Below, piece after piece: positions 1-11,351 of a stretch of DNA of 64,000 bases (within the stretch, counting starts at the first letter, position 1; every line of letters starts with the position of its first letter). The notes under the pieces are model-generated. The model was not told the DNA's origin and searched no databases. It was given only the letters and a program-made list of their open reading frames with translations. Origin of the DNA: an uncultured Chloroflexia bacterium (GTDB lineage Bacteria > Chloroflexota > Anaerolineae > Anaerolineales > UBA4823). The stretch is from NCBI GenBank assembly GCA_963726375.1, contig CAVSCE010000011.1, positions 210,914 through 274,913 on the forward strand, given 5' to 3'. Position numbers and translations under genes: made by a program.

Positions 1-762
1 GTAAAACCCGGATGGGAAGCGTGCACCCGTGCGATCGCGCCGGGCCAGAACGCCTCCGGTTGGATCCCCCAGGTTTTCTGGAAGACATCCGGCAGGACCA
101 GCATCGCCATATCGCAGCGCAAGCCGTCGCACCGCTCCGCGAGGCTGAGCAGCTCTGCGATCATCGCCTGCTGCAGGGATGGGCTGCCGTAATTAAGCTG
201 CAGCGTATCGATCCAGGGTGGAAAATTCGGGTCGCGCCCGTGTGCTAATCGTTTTATCCCATGCGCTGTTTCGATCGGATGAAAATCGCCAGCGGAGCGG
301 GCTGGTCTTAAAAGATCGGCTTCGATGAAGTACTCCGGGTGGCTTCTGGCCCAGGGATGGCTGATGCCGGTGTGGTTTGGGATGAAATCGAGCATTAATT
401 TCAGCCCGCAGTCCCGCATCCTGCCTCGCAGCCGCTCCAGCGCCGCTTGCCCTCCCCAATCTTCTGGGACCTGGTAGCCGGAGATCGCGAAACACGAGCT
501 GCACAGCGAGCTGAGCCTCTCCTCCCAACATCTGGCGGGCTTCTACCTGCAGCCCTGGCTGGCGGCGCGCGATCTCGGCTTCCGCTTCTCCGGTCGCCCA
601 CATACAGATCAGGTAAAGCCAATCGAAGCCGGTGTCTGCAAGCTGCCTGAGCGATTCGTCAGGGATATCGTCCAGCGCAGCCTGGCGCCCTAACGTTTCG
701 CTGATCTCCGCCAACCACAGGCGGACGTTTTTTTGATAGAGGATTGGATAGCGCATAAGCAA
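1..762 (-). CDS. GH13 alpha-amylase-family glycoside hydrolase; C-terminus runs off the window start; one apparent frameshift near 500
   Basis: ORF 193..762 gives the N-terminus (..DTGFDWLYLICMWATGE..). A second minus frame from ~500 to 1 reads CFAISGYQVPEDWGG..GLKLMLDFIPNHTGISHPWARSHPEYF..GLRCDMAML, which matches GH13 conserved regions. The two frames do not join. Confidence 0.75.
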
Positions 763-843
763 GCCGAATTCAAGGGTAAAGTTGGGGTCAGGTCCGAGTG
801 CTATGTAATCTCGATTCGATGGCTGAGGGAAACTTTCGCAGCC

Positions 844-1960
844 TCAATCGCCCAGGCAGATGCCCAGGTCCCGGGCGGTCAGCACCGTGTCGCAGTCGAG
901 CGGGACGGTCTTCATCCGGGTCGTAGCCAGCTCCAGCGGAACGTAACGAACCGTCGGGGGATCGAGCGCCACCATCACATCCCGCCTCCCTTCGGCGATC
1001 GCCCTCACCGCGGCTGCGCCGAACCTCAAGGCGAGCAGGCGGTCGTTGCTGGTGGGCGAGCCGCCGCGCAGCAGGTGGCCCAGAACGACCAGGCGAGTCT
1101 CTTTGCCGGTGCGCTCCTGCAGCTCGGCAGACACTTTTTCTCCGACGCCGCCGAGCCGCTCAGCCCTGCCAGCTTCCCTGCTCATCACGCTCAGCGAGCC
1201 TCCCTCTGGCGCCGCCCCTTCGGCGACGACGACCAGCGAGAACCGCCGGCCTTGCTGTTCCCGATCGTTGATTTTTTTCACCACGCTTTCGATCCGGTAG
1301 GGGATCTCAGGGATCAGGATCGCGTCCGCCGAGCCGGCAATTCCGCGATTCCAGCGCGATCCAGCCGGCGTAGCGCCCCATCACCTCGACGACGATCACC
1401 CGCTGGTGGGACGAAGCAGTCGAGTGCAGCCGGTCCAGGCATTCGCAGGCGAACGAGACGGCGGTGTCAAAGCCAAACGTGACCACGGTCTGGTCCAGGT
1501 CGTTGTCGATCGTCTTTGGGACGCCGACCACCCAGAGCCCTTTTTCAGCCAGCGCGTGGGCGATCTCCATCGAGCCGTCGCCGCCGATCGAGATCAGTGC
1601 GTCGAGCTCGTGCAGGTTAAAAAGCCGGACCAGCTCGTCGGAGCGGTCCACTTCTTCCACCGTCCCATCCGCACGGCGGACAGGGTAGCGCAGCGGGTTG
1701 CCCCGGTTCGTCGTCCCCAGGATTGTCCCGCCCAGATGGGTGATCCCGCGCACGTCGTCGCGCAGCAGCCGGACCAGCCCACCGCCCGGGAACCGCTCGG
1801 GGAGCAGCAGCCCGTTGTAACCGTCGCGAATGCCGTAGATCTCCCAGCCGAGCTCGATCGCAGTCAGCGTCGCCGCCCGGATGACCGCGTTCAACCCTGG
1901 AGCGTCGCCCCCGCCGGTGCAGATCGCGATCCTGCGAATTTTCGGTGTTTTGCGTGGCAT
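844..1960 (-). CDS. pfkA: 6-phosphofructokinase (PfkA family), split by a 1-nt frameshift near 1310
   Basis: ORF 1307..1960 is the N-half (CTGGGDAPGLN, GGDGS, PKTIDND, MGR). ORF 844..1284 is the C-half. At the junction ..AGWIALES continues as GIAGSADAILIPEIPYRIESVVKK only in the other frame. Confidence 0.85.
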
Positions 1961-1980
1961 AGATGCCCCTTGATTGTCTA

Positions 1981-3139
<1,159 letters not shown>

Positions 3140-3326
3140 TTAAACTCAAGACAGGTCGCTCGTTTCCTCTCAAACTGGCGCTCAAAAGACATTGACTGAT
3201 TCAGATGATAAAGCTCCTGAAATCCGAGTGCAACCATTTCGCTAAAAAGGAAAATCCCGCGGTCTATTTCCCGCGGGAAAAAATTCCTTACACATGCCAG
3301 GCGCAGACCATGATGCTGGTTACAAA

Positions 3327-4291
3327 TCAATTGCCGTTATTCTCGCTTTGGATCTCCAGCACCCGCCGGGCGGCCTCGTCGTCGGTGATCAGCGTATTGA
3401 TCAGCTCCCCGCGCAGCGCCGCGATGATGCTCTCAGCCTTTTTGGCTCCACCGGCGACTGCTACAACCTCCTTCATTTTTCCAAGCGTTTCGGCGGGGAT
3501 CGCGCACATGCGCCGGTTGATCCAGTGGTCTGTCAGGATCTTTCCATCTTTATTAAAATCAGGCAGGCGACATCTCCGACGATCCCGTCTGCCCGCATCG
3601 CCTCGACTTCTTCCAGCGGCAGATAGCCCAGCTTGTAGGCATTGTACAATTCCGGCAGCGTGGAGCCGATCCCGACCAGGCCGATATCGCATTCTGCGGC
3701 CTTATCAAGCGTATCCCGGATCATCTTGTCCTGCATCAACGCGTTCTTCGCGTCTTCATTTTCCATCAGCAGCGGCGCGTGCAGGTAATGGCAGGTGCAG
3801 CCCAATGCGTTGGCCAGGTTCGGCGCCAGCAGCGGGCCGATCGACGAGCCGTGCTCCGTGCCGGTCCCGCCGATCATCTGGACAACTTCCATATCGGGCC
3901 GGTTTTGCGGTCGAAAAGCTCGCACCATCTGGTAGAGCCCGGTCCCCCAGCTGATCCCGACGATCCTGACGCTGTTGAGCCTGGCGGTCAGATATTCCGC
4001 AGCCAGCACGCCCAGCCCCTGGAGCGTTTCCTCGTAGCTTTTATTCTGCCGGATTAAGACGTGGACCTGTCTGAGGTGGAACTTCGCCAACAATGCGTTC
4101 TCCAGCTCGCTGGATGTCCGCCACGGGTAATGGATGATGTGCTCAACAATCCCGCGTTTGTGCGCCTCCGTCAGAAGGCGTGAAATTGCGGAGCAGAGTC
4201 AAGCCAATTTCATCGGCAATCTCTTGCTGATTTCGCTCTTTGTCGTAGTAAAGTGAAGCAACTCGCGCCAGCAACTCCAGACGGCTTTGAT
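3327..4291 (-). CDS. SorC/DeoR-type sugar-binding transcriptional regulator, two apparent frameshifts (~4195 and ~3560)
   Basis: Three minus-frame pieces. The first is MPEYQSRLELLARVASLYYDKERNQQEIADEIGL, continuing in another frame as SAISRLLTEAHKRGIVEHII (HTH). The second is ORF 3533..4093 (sugar-binding domain). The third is ORF 3327..3692 (..VAVAGGAKKAESIIAALRGELINTLITDE). Confidence 0.8.
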
Positions 4292-4372
4292 ATTCGGGCA
4301 TGTAGCCATCCTTATTGGATTACTCATTTGCCGGCCGGATCCGCAGAAGACCCGACCGGCAGCTTCTTCAGG

Positions 4373-5034
4373 TTATTTCTGTTCCAACCCGGTCAGAAAA
4401 CCTCGGAAAATGTATGCAACCGAAACGCTTCCAGGGTCCGGATGACCGAGTGTTCGCTCGCCCTGGTATTTTGCCCGACCGTAATGTGCAGGAAAATTGC
4501 ATGTGCTTTCCGAGCCTTGCATCGCGGCTTGCGCAGCTTCAGCCAGCATCGCTTCCAGCGGCTCACCCTTATCCGCAGATGCTCGCAGCGCCTGGACGGC
4601 GGGGATCAGGGCGTCCATAGAGTCTTATCGCCGATGCGCGCCTTCGTTTGCCCTTCGATGGACAGCAGCCCGCTTTCGAACATCCGGGCAAATCCCTCTC
4701 CATCGAGCACGGTCAGACCTGCAGTCGCCTCGGACATCCCGAGGAAAAGCGAGCCGAACAGCGGTCCGGTTGCGCCGCCGTCGATGTCCATTAATGCCCA
4801 GGCGATATTGCCAAGCATCGCCCCCAGATCGCCTTCCGGTTCAGCCTGGATCACCTCGCCCATCTTTTCCATCGCCCGCAGCATCGTGATCCCGTGGTCT
4901 CCGTCGCCGATTGCGGCGTCCAGGTGGCAGAGCTCCAGTTTTTTCTCGCGGATGATCTCGATCGCTCCGCCAAGCATGCGTTTGAGATCTTCTTTATTTA
5001 CCTGCATAACCATGTCGGGGAAATCTCCATTCAA
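4373..5034 (-). CDS. dhaL: Dihydroxyacetone/ketose kinase subunit DhaL (copy 1), frameshift near 4618
   Basis: ORF 4606..5034 carries DAAIGDGDHG and ends ..GDKTL. ORF 4373..4618 continues MDALIPAVQAL.. in another frame. The start is uncertain (TTG 5034 or ATG ~5010). Confidence 0.85.
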
Positions 5035-5041
5035 TCAGGAC

Positions 5042-6043
5042 CTAGACCACTTTATAGTAAGCCGCATCGCAGGGCGCGTTGTAAAGCTTTTCGAGCTCGT
5101 CATCCACCCGGCCGATCGACATCTGGAATCCGCCCTGCTCTTGAACGGTGAGCAGCTCGCCGATTTGCGATCCGACCAGCTGGATCCCTTTTTCTTCAAG
5201 CACCTGGGCGACCCGGCGGAAGACGATGAACATTTCCATCAGCGTCGTGGCGCCGGTTCCGTTGATAAATACCACCAGCTTTTCGCCGGCCTTCACGTCC
5301 AAATCCTTCAGCAGGTTGTTGAGCATGATCTCGGCGGTTTCATCCGCGCTTTTCAGCTTCATCCGGCCAACGCCGGCTTCGCCGTGCTGGCCCATCCCGA
5401 TCTCCATCTCGTCATCGGGCAGCTCAAAGAACGGGAAACCGGTCGCCGGGTGCGTCGCAGGCGTGGCCGCGACCGCGATCGTCGCCGTGCTGAGGCTCAT
5501 TTTCTCGCCGACCCGCAGCACTTCATCGAATGAATACCCGGCTTCGGCGGCAGCTCCGACGACTTTGATCACCATCAGCGTCCCGATCAGCCCGCGGCGG
5601 TTGTCCTGGTCGTTCCGGGGCGCGTTCGAGATGTCATCGCTGCTCAGGATCCGCTTCATCTTCATGCCCTGACGCCCGGCCATCTGAATGACCATGTTCG
5701 AAGAAAGGACATCGCCTTCATGGTTGAACACAACCAAAACGACGCCAGCGCCGCGGTCAGCCTGTTTTAACGCTTCCATCACGCGCGGCGCACCAGGCGC
5801 AGCGAATATATCGCCCAGGGCGCAGACGTCGATCAGTCCTTTTCCGACCCAGCCGATTAATGCGGGCTCGTGCCCGGCGCCGCCCATCGTGACGACGCCG
5901 ACTTTGCCAGCCTCTTTAGGTTCGGCACGGGCGACGATCCGCTCGGCTGATTGAACAACCCGCTTGGGATTGGACTTCACGAAGCCGTCGACGAGCTCTG
6001 GGACGAGATTCTCTGCCTTGTTGATGAATTTTTTCATTGCCAT
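5042..6043 (-). CDS. dhaK: Dihydroxyacetone/ketose kinase subunit DhaK (copy 1)
   Basis: Intact 333-aa ORF with GGAGHEP, RRGLIG and GMGQHGEAG motifs. It sits 7 nt upstream of dhaL. Confidence 0.9.
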   Translation of the reverse strand: MAMKKFINKAENLVPELVDGFVKSNPKRVVQSAERIVARAEPKEAGKVGVVTMGGAGHEPALIGWVGKGLIDVCALGDIFAAPGAPRVMEALKQADRGAGVVLVVFNHEGDVLSSNMVIQMAGRQGMKMKRILSSDDISNAPRNDQDNRRGLIGTLMVIKVVGAAAEAGYSFDEVLRVGEKMSLSTATIAVAATPATHPATGFPFFELPDDEMEIGMGQHGEAGVGRMKLKSADETAEIMLNNLLKDLDVKAGEKLVVFINGTGATTLMEMFIVFRRVAQVLEEKGIQLVGSQIGELLTVQEQGGFQMSIGRVDDELEKLYNAPCDAAYYKVV

Positions 6044-6106
6044 AATTTAACCCATCCTCTCAATGTTCACTTCTGAATTTTGATAACGAAATCTTAACAC
6101 CAGTCG

Positions 6107-6118
6107 TCACAAATGTGA
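6107..6118. promoter_or_regulatory. Candidate operator TCACAAATGTGA in the dhaK1 upstream region
   Basis: The 12-mer has inverted TCACA/TGTGA arms and is identical to 20689..20700. On the minus strand it overlaps a sigma70-like TTCACA-17nt-TAAGAT arrangement 60-100 nt upstream of the dhaK1 start. Confidence 0.4.
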
Positions 6119-6146
6119 AGACATGGGAGAATTTGACCGATCGAGA

Positions 6147-8005
6147 TCAGATCGTCCGGTCATTGCCGCCGTCGATCTGGATTTGCCCGCCGGTCATGTG
6201 CTGGAACAGCGGGCCGCACATCTCGGCGACCAGCTCAGCCACATCATGACTTTTTATCTCGGTTTTCAGCAGGTTGCGCTTCTTATACTGATCAACCGTC
6301 ATGCCGTAATGCGCAGAGCGCGCCTTCAGCACCTCTTCGGTATACAGGGCGGTATCGAAGACTGCGTCAGGGTGAATGACGTTCACCCTCACCCGGTCGC
6401 CGCCCCATTCCAGCGCAGCAACGCGCGCAAGCTGGGTGACGGCTGCTTTGGAAGTCGAATAGGCCGCCGCGCCAGGCCCCGGGGCGCGCATGTTCTTGGA
6501 TCCCACGACGACTACCCGTCCGTAGCGCGGCGCCAGCCGCAGCAGCGGGAAAGCCTCGCGCAGGATCACCATGTTCGAGACAAAATTGATGTTTAATACC
6601 TTCGTGAATTCAGCCAGGGTCAGCTTTTCAATGTGAACTCCGCCGGGGAAAAGCCCGGCATTCAGCACCAGCATGTCCAACCCGCCGAATTCAGCCCCAA
6701 CCTTCTGGAGCGTCTTGATCACATTTTCTTCATCTGTGATATCACATTCCATCCCGCGATAGCACGGATGATCGAATGTGCGAACGATCTCCGGATTGAT
6801 GTCGATACCGACCACGCTGCTGCCGCGCCGGAGGAGCGACTCGACGCAGGATTTCCCAATTCCAGAAGCTGCGCCAGTGACCAGCGCCACTTCTCCCGAG
6901 AACGGGAGCAGCTCAGGCCGTCTGGCAGCCGTCCATTTTGCTGCAGATTGGAGATCCTCGAGCGCCAGCGGGTGGTATTCCCCCAGCCGGGCAGCCGTTC
7001 GGACTGCCAGGACGCCATCGTGGAAAAAGCCCGACGCTTCCTTCGCTTCGCGGGCCAGAATCGGCAGCCGCGATCGCTCCCATCCCGGTCTTCCACAGGA
7101 TGCTCGCGCCAAGCGCAAGATTCGGCCGGCAGAGCTCCTTCGCTGAATTCTCCATCCGGGACGCGCACCGGGATGCCTGTACGGGCGAAGCGGCTCGGAA
7201 CCGGCAGCCCGGATTGAAGCACCTGTTCGCCTGCTTCCGATTCGATGAATTCTCGGATCTCCGCGAAATCATCCAGGTGCAGAACCAGGGGACGGCCTCG
7301 TTGGGACGAGATCCGGTAGCGGATCTTTGGAAGCTCCAGTTTGTCGCCTGGCGAAAGCGCTTCTTCAGCTGGCTCTTCGGCCGGCAGCCGGTCTTGCGCG
7401 ATTTGAGCGAGGCGCGCAAACGAGCTGCAGCATTCCGCGCTGGTTTCGCCGCCGACCAGCAGCCCCCGGTTGAGCAGGACATATGCGCAGCGGACCTGGG
7501 CTGCGCGCGTGATCCTCCTGCACAGCCGGCGCATGTCCGCATCAAACGGGGCGATCAACGCAGCTTCTTTGTACCATTCGTGCAGGACCTGAGAGCCATT
7601 CTTCAGACAGGAGGCTGCCAGGATCGGCAGCGGTTCGCCAAAACAGACATATTTTGAAGTCAGCGCGGCGTGCAGCAGTGCGATGGGTGGGGGCATCGGT
7701 GTCTCACAGAGAGCCCTGCTGTTTGAGAGCGCCTCTCCCAGCTCGGTCGGATCGAAAACCGGCAGCTCGCTCAAACCTTGCAGCGCCTCCAGCCGCACGC
7801 ATGCCCAGCCTTCTGGATCTGGGAGGACGGGCGAAGTCCAGCTGACCTGTCCGATCAGAAGCAGTGATTCCTGGATCCCGAATATATTCCGCCACGATGT
7901 CTTAATGGAGATGGACAACCCGGGCCGGACCCATTGGGTTTTCGTGATGGCCTGGCTGAACTGCCTGATTTCTGTTCTCAGCGCCTCGACGAGATATTTT
8001 TCCAT
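6147..8005 (-). CDS. Class-II-aldolase/adducin-like domain fused to a short-chain dehydrogenase (YuxG/RhaEW-like architecture), frameshift(s) ~7100-7140
   Basis: ORF 6719..8005 is the N-terminal domain (..PPPIALLHAAL..VLLNRGLLVGGETS..). ORF 6147..7118 is the SDR (VTGAASGIG, NAG, YSTSK, PD). The order and size match bifunctional aldolase/SDR proteins. Confidence 0.7.
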
Positions 8006-8111
8006 ACGAACTGGCCTCCAATAAGCCAGGCATTCAGCCTGACAAAGTTTTCAATGGATTTTGCTGCCGGACCATCAAATACCGATCAGCATTGGAATTC
8101 AAAAAAGTCCA

Positions 8112-8176
8112 AGAAGAGGCACGGCTTTCCATCAAGCAAAAACCGGAAACCTGGCTATTTCTGTCGGGCCTCTTCT
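8112..8176 (-). terminator. Possible long stem-loop plus U-run after the aldolase gene
   Basis: AGAAGAGGC (8112..8120) pairs with GCCTCTTCT (8168..8176). On the minus strand this is followed by TGGACTTTTTT. The 47-nt loop is long for an intrinsic terminator. Confidence 0.3.
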
Positions 8177-8200
8177 CGCTGACGACCAGGAGGACCAGTA

Positions 8201-8986
8201 TTAGCGCTCGAAAGTTTCGTAAACTTCAAAAGCCTGCTTGGGCGTGTATCCCTCGTGGATCACGCTCTTCAGGGCACGCGCCATCGCGCGCGGCCGGTCG
8301 TTCTGCCAGATGTTCCGGCCAAGGTTCACACCGATCGCGCCGCCTTGCATGCCCTTGTAAACGAATTCGAGGACTTCGAAATCGTTGTCGGTCTTTGGAC
8401 CGCCGGCTATCACAACCGGAACCGGGCAGCCGCCTGCGACTTTTTCGAAATTATCGCAGTAGTAGGTTTTAACGACGGTAGCGCCCATTTCTGCGCAGAT
8501 CCGGCAGGCCATCGCCAGGTAGCGCGCCTCGCGCTTGTCCATCTCCCGACCCACGGCGGTCACAGCCATCACCGGGATGCCGTAAGGCTCGCACCAGTTA
8601 ACCAGCTGGGCCAGGTTCAAGATCGAATCGTGTTCGTAATCGCTGCCGACGAAGACGGAAATCCCGATCGCGGAAACATTCAGCCGCAGCATCTCGTCAA
8701 CCGACGTCGTGATGCCTTCATTAGAGAGATCACCGCCGGACATGCTCGTGCCGCCGCTTACGCGCAGGATGATCGGGGTTTCGGTCGTAGGTGGAATTTG
8801 CGAGCGGAGCACGCCGCGCGTCACAAACAGGGCGTCGACGAACTCAACTAAAGGAAGCGCCGCATTACCGACGTGTTCCAGCCTGGAAGTGGGGCCCTGG
8901 AAATAGCCGTGGTCCATGGCCAGATAGAAGCACTTCCCATCTTGCTTGATTACTTTTGATACTCGGTTGGCTTTACCCCAATCCAT
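8201..8986 (-). CDS. Class-I aldolase, DeoC/FbaB(DhnA)/LsrF family (copy 1)
   Basis: Taken from the internal start MDWGKANRV (ATG 8986, AAGGAG 9 nt upstream) within ORF 8201..9175. It has ..LAMDHGYFQGP.., the putative Schiff-base Lys in GATVVKTYY, and GVNLGRNIWQ. Confidence 0.8.
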   Translation of the reverse strand: MDWGKANRVSKVIKQDGKCFYLAMDHGYFQGPTSRLEHVGNAALPLVEFVDALFVTRGVLRSQIPPTTETPIILRVSGGTSMSGGDLSNEGITTSVDEMLRLNVSAIGISVFVGSDYEHDSILNLAQLVNWCEPYGIPVMAVTAVGREMDKREARYLAMACRICAEMGATVVKTYYCDNFEKVAGGCPVPVVIAGGPKTDNDFEVLEFVYKGMQGGAIGVNLGRNIWQNDRPRAMARALKSVIHEGYTPKQAFEVYETFER

Positions 8987-8995
8987 AATAGAAAA

Positions 8996-9042
8996 CTCCT
9001 TGTCGTTGTGTGAAATGATATGAATCTCCTGCGACAAGGGAG
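8996..9042 (-). promoter_or_regulatory. 5'-UTR hairpin able to sequester the aldolase Shine-Dalgarno
   Basis: In the minus-strand RNA, CUCC(C)UUGUCG pairs with CGACAAGGAG (10 bp, one bulge, 26-nt loop). The 3' arm contains the AAGGAG that lies 9 nt upstream of the ATG at 8986. Confidence 0.35.
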
Positions 9043-9197
9043 GCGATGGCAGAACGGGTGTGGGCTCCGGCAGAGTCGGATTGGAGGCGTAATCCGCCCG
9101 GCCTGAGAAATCGGTTTTTGAAACCCCCGCTGCATGTTTAAAATAGCATGATCGCAGACAGATGTCAAGTCCCAATTTTCACGATTGACCAGTTGAT

Positions 9198-9209
9198 TCA
9201 CGAATGTGA
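9198..9209. promoter_or_regulatory. Candidate operator TCACGAATGTGA in the divergent aldolase/ABC intergenic region
   Basis: One mismatch to the 12-mer at 6107 and 20689. It lies inside the spacer after a TTGACC hexamer (9185..9190). Confidence 0.35.
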
Positions 9210-9252
9210 CATTAGAAAAGCTCATTTAAGACCTTTTCAGGGCACCCGCTCA

Positions 9253-9292
9253 TTGACAAACTCACATATGCATGCTATATTCACGTATGTGA
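9253..9292 (+). promoter_or_regulatory. Sigma70-like promoter with an overlapping operator, facing the ABC importer operon
   Basis: TTGACA (9253..9258), 17 nt spacer, then TATATT (9276..9281). TCACGTATGTGA (9281..9292) overlaps the -10 and TCACATATGCAT (9262..9273) lies in the spacer. Confidence 0.45.
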
Positions 9293-9652
9293 GAGATTGC
9301 TGGTCGGCATTCATGTTTGACAGAACAGTCGGTAAGTCTTGCGCCCATTCTGGTGAAATCCAGCGGTTTTTCTCTAGCGTATTTCCATCCTCTTGCGATA
9401 AAATGAGTATGCGACAGGCAGGAAGATAGCATGTCCTGCGGGTGTGGTGAATTCAGAATGACCATTAAGTTTAGATCGGGAACTCGTCCCGGCCAGCTGG
9501 AGGCAAAAGAAAGCTGCCAGGCGCGCCTTGATCTGCTTTATGGATAGAGGAAGGAGGTGGATGCGTTTCTAACCTGGTCCAAGATTTCTCGGAATTTGAC
9601 GGCACCTGAAATAGAGTATCGATACCAATAATTGAAGGATAATGAGGAGAAA

Positions 9653-11138
9653 ATGCAAAAACATCGATTTTTCAACACCGTTATGGTAGCGCTCTTGCTG
9701 CTTGGCTTGCTTGCAGCAGCTTGCGCCCCGGCTCCTACCCAGGCCCCGGCGCCCGCCGCAACCGAAGCTCCTGCTGCTCCAGCTCCCGCTGAACCCGTTG
9801 CTACCGAAGCTCCGGCTGAACCCGTTGCTACCGAAGCTCCAGCCGAGCCGGTCGCGACCGAAGCGCCTGCAGCCGAAGCGCCGAAGTCCGATGTCGAGCT
9901 GGTCTTCGTCTGGCACTCCGGTGGTCTCGGCGAGAAGTTTGAAGAGCTCGCTCAGCAGTACACCGCGTTGACCGGCGTAAAAGTTCGTGCGGACCTGGTC
10001 CCCTACGGCCCGCAGTGGCACGACAAGATCGCGGCCGAGTTCGCAGCCCAGGGCTCCGGCTTTGACCTGGCGATGTTCGACAGCCAGTCGATGTCCGAGT
10101 TTGCCTCCGGCGGTCACGTCGTTCAGCTGAACGACTACATCGACCAGAGCGAGCTGATCAGCGCTGAGGACTTCACCCCCGCTGCCCTGCGCCAGTACGG
10201 CGAGTATCCGGAAGGCTCTGGCAACATCTTCGCCCTCCCGATCAACCAGGACTGCATGGGCCTCGTCTACCGCAAGGACCTCTTTGAGGATCCGGCCGAA
10301 AAGGAAGCCTTCAAGGCCAAATACGGCTACGAGCTGGCTGTCCCCACCACCTACATGATGATGCGCGACATCGCTGAATTCTTCACCCGCCCCGAAGAGA
10401 ACCTCTACGGCCTGGCCTCCTACGGCAGCCGCGACTACGATGCGGTCACCAGCCCGCTGGACGGCGTGATCTGGTCGTACGGCGGAGCCCTCTGGGATCC
10501 TGAGACCAAGATGGCCCAGGGCGTGATCAACTCCGAGACCAACGTCAAGGCGCTTGAGTATCTACGCCGACCTGTTCCAGTTCATGCCCCCCGGCGCATC
10601 TGCCTGGTTCTACGACGAAGTCAACAACGCGGTCCACACCGGCATCGTCGCAATGGCGATCAACTGGTACTACTTCTTCTTCGTCCACGCCGACCCGGCG
10701 ATCAACCCCTACGCCGACAAGATGGGCTACGACGTACTCCCCGGCGAGATGGTCGACGGCAAGCTCAACCGCGGCATTTCCGTCGGCGGTCAGGGTCTTT
10801 CGATCTCGGCTTACTCGAAGAACATCGAAGAAGCCTGGAAGCTGCTCGAGTGGTTCATGACCAACGAGATCCAGTGGCAGTGGACCGAGATCGGCGCACA
10901 GACCGGTCGGGTCGACATCCTCACCGATCCAAGATATGTCACGACCAAGCCATGGAACGAGACCTTCCCTGAGTCGATGAAATATGTCCAGGATTACTGG
11001 CACGTGATCGAGTATCCTGAGCTGCTCGACATCTGGCAGAAGTACGCCAGCCTGGTCGTCTCCGGCGAAATGGGCGCGAAGGAAGCGCTGGACGCCGTCG
11101 CCGTGGAACACCAGGCGATCATGGATCAGATGGAGTAA
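9653..11138 (+). CDS. CUT1-family extracellular sugar-binding lipoprotein of the ABC importer, frameshift near 10558
   Basis: MQKHRFFNTVMVALLLLGLLAAAC is a lipobox signal, followed by a Pro/Ala/Thr/Glu linker. ORF 9632..10972 loses sense after ..NVKALEY. ORF 10554..11138 continues IYADLFQFMPPGASAWFYDEV.. to the stop. Confidence 0.8.
9791..9871 (+). repeat. 3 x 27-bp tandem repeat encoding (EPVATEAPA)x3 in the lipoprotein linker
   Basis: GAACCCGTTGCTACCGAAGCTCCGGCT is repeated at 9791, 9818 and (diverged) 9845. It is in frame within the SBP. Confidence 0.9.
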
Positions 11139-11154
11139 TTTCTTGTGTGAATCC

Positions 11155-11185
11155 GTCCCCGCGCAGAAGCCTTCTGTGCGGGGAC
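11155..11185 (+). promoter_or_regulatory. Strong intercistronic stem-loop between the SBP and permease genes
   Basis: GTCCCCGCGCAGAAG and CTTCTGTGCGGGGAC form ~13-15 bp with one mismatch and no U-tract. It sits 17 nt after the SBP stop, within a 213-nt gap. Confidence 0.5.
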
Positions 11186-11351
11186 GTAAACTTGACCCTG
11201 CTGGCGGCCCCGCAGCTATCTCAGACAAAGACCAGCTGGTGGTTGAGTCCATCACAAAGCTTGCGTTTCCCGATCTTCCACTCAAAATTCATCCCTGCCA
11301 GAAGATTGGGGACGCAAGCCCTCTAATAGATTTCTAAGTGGAGGCTGAAAC

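Noticed and set aside
9791-9871. Regularly spaced 27-bp repeats, considered as a possible CRISPR or minisatellite.
   Set aside because: The repeats are directly tandem with no spacers, in frame, and encode the EPVATEAPA linker of the lipoprotein. No cas genes occur anywhere in the window.
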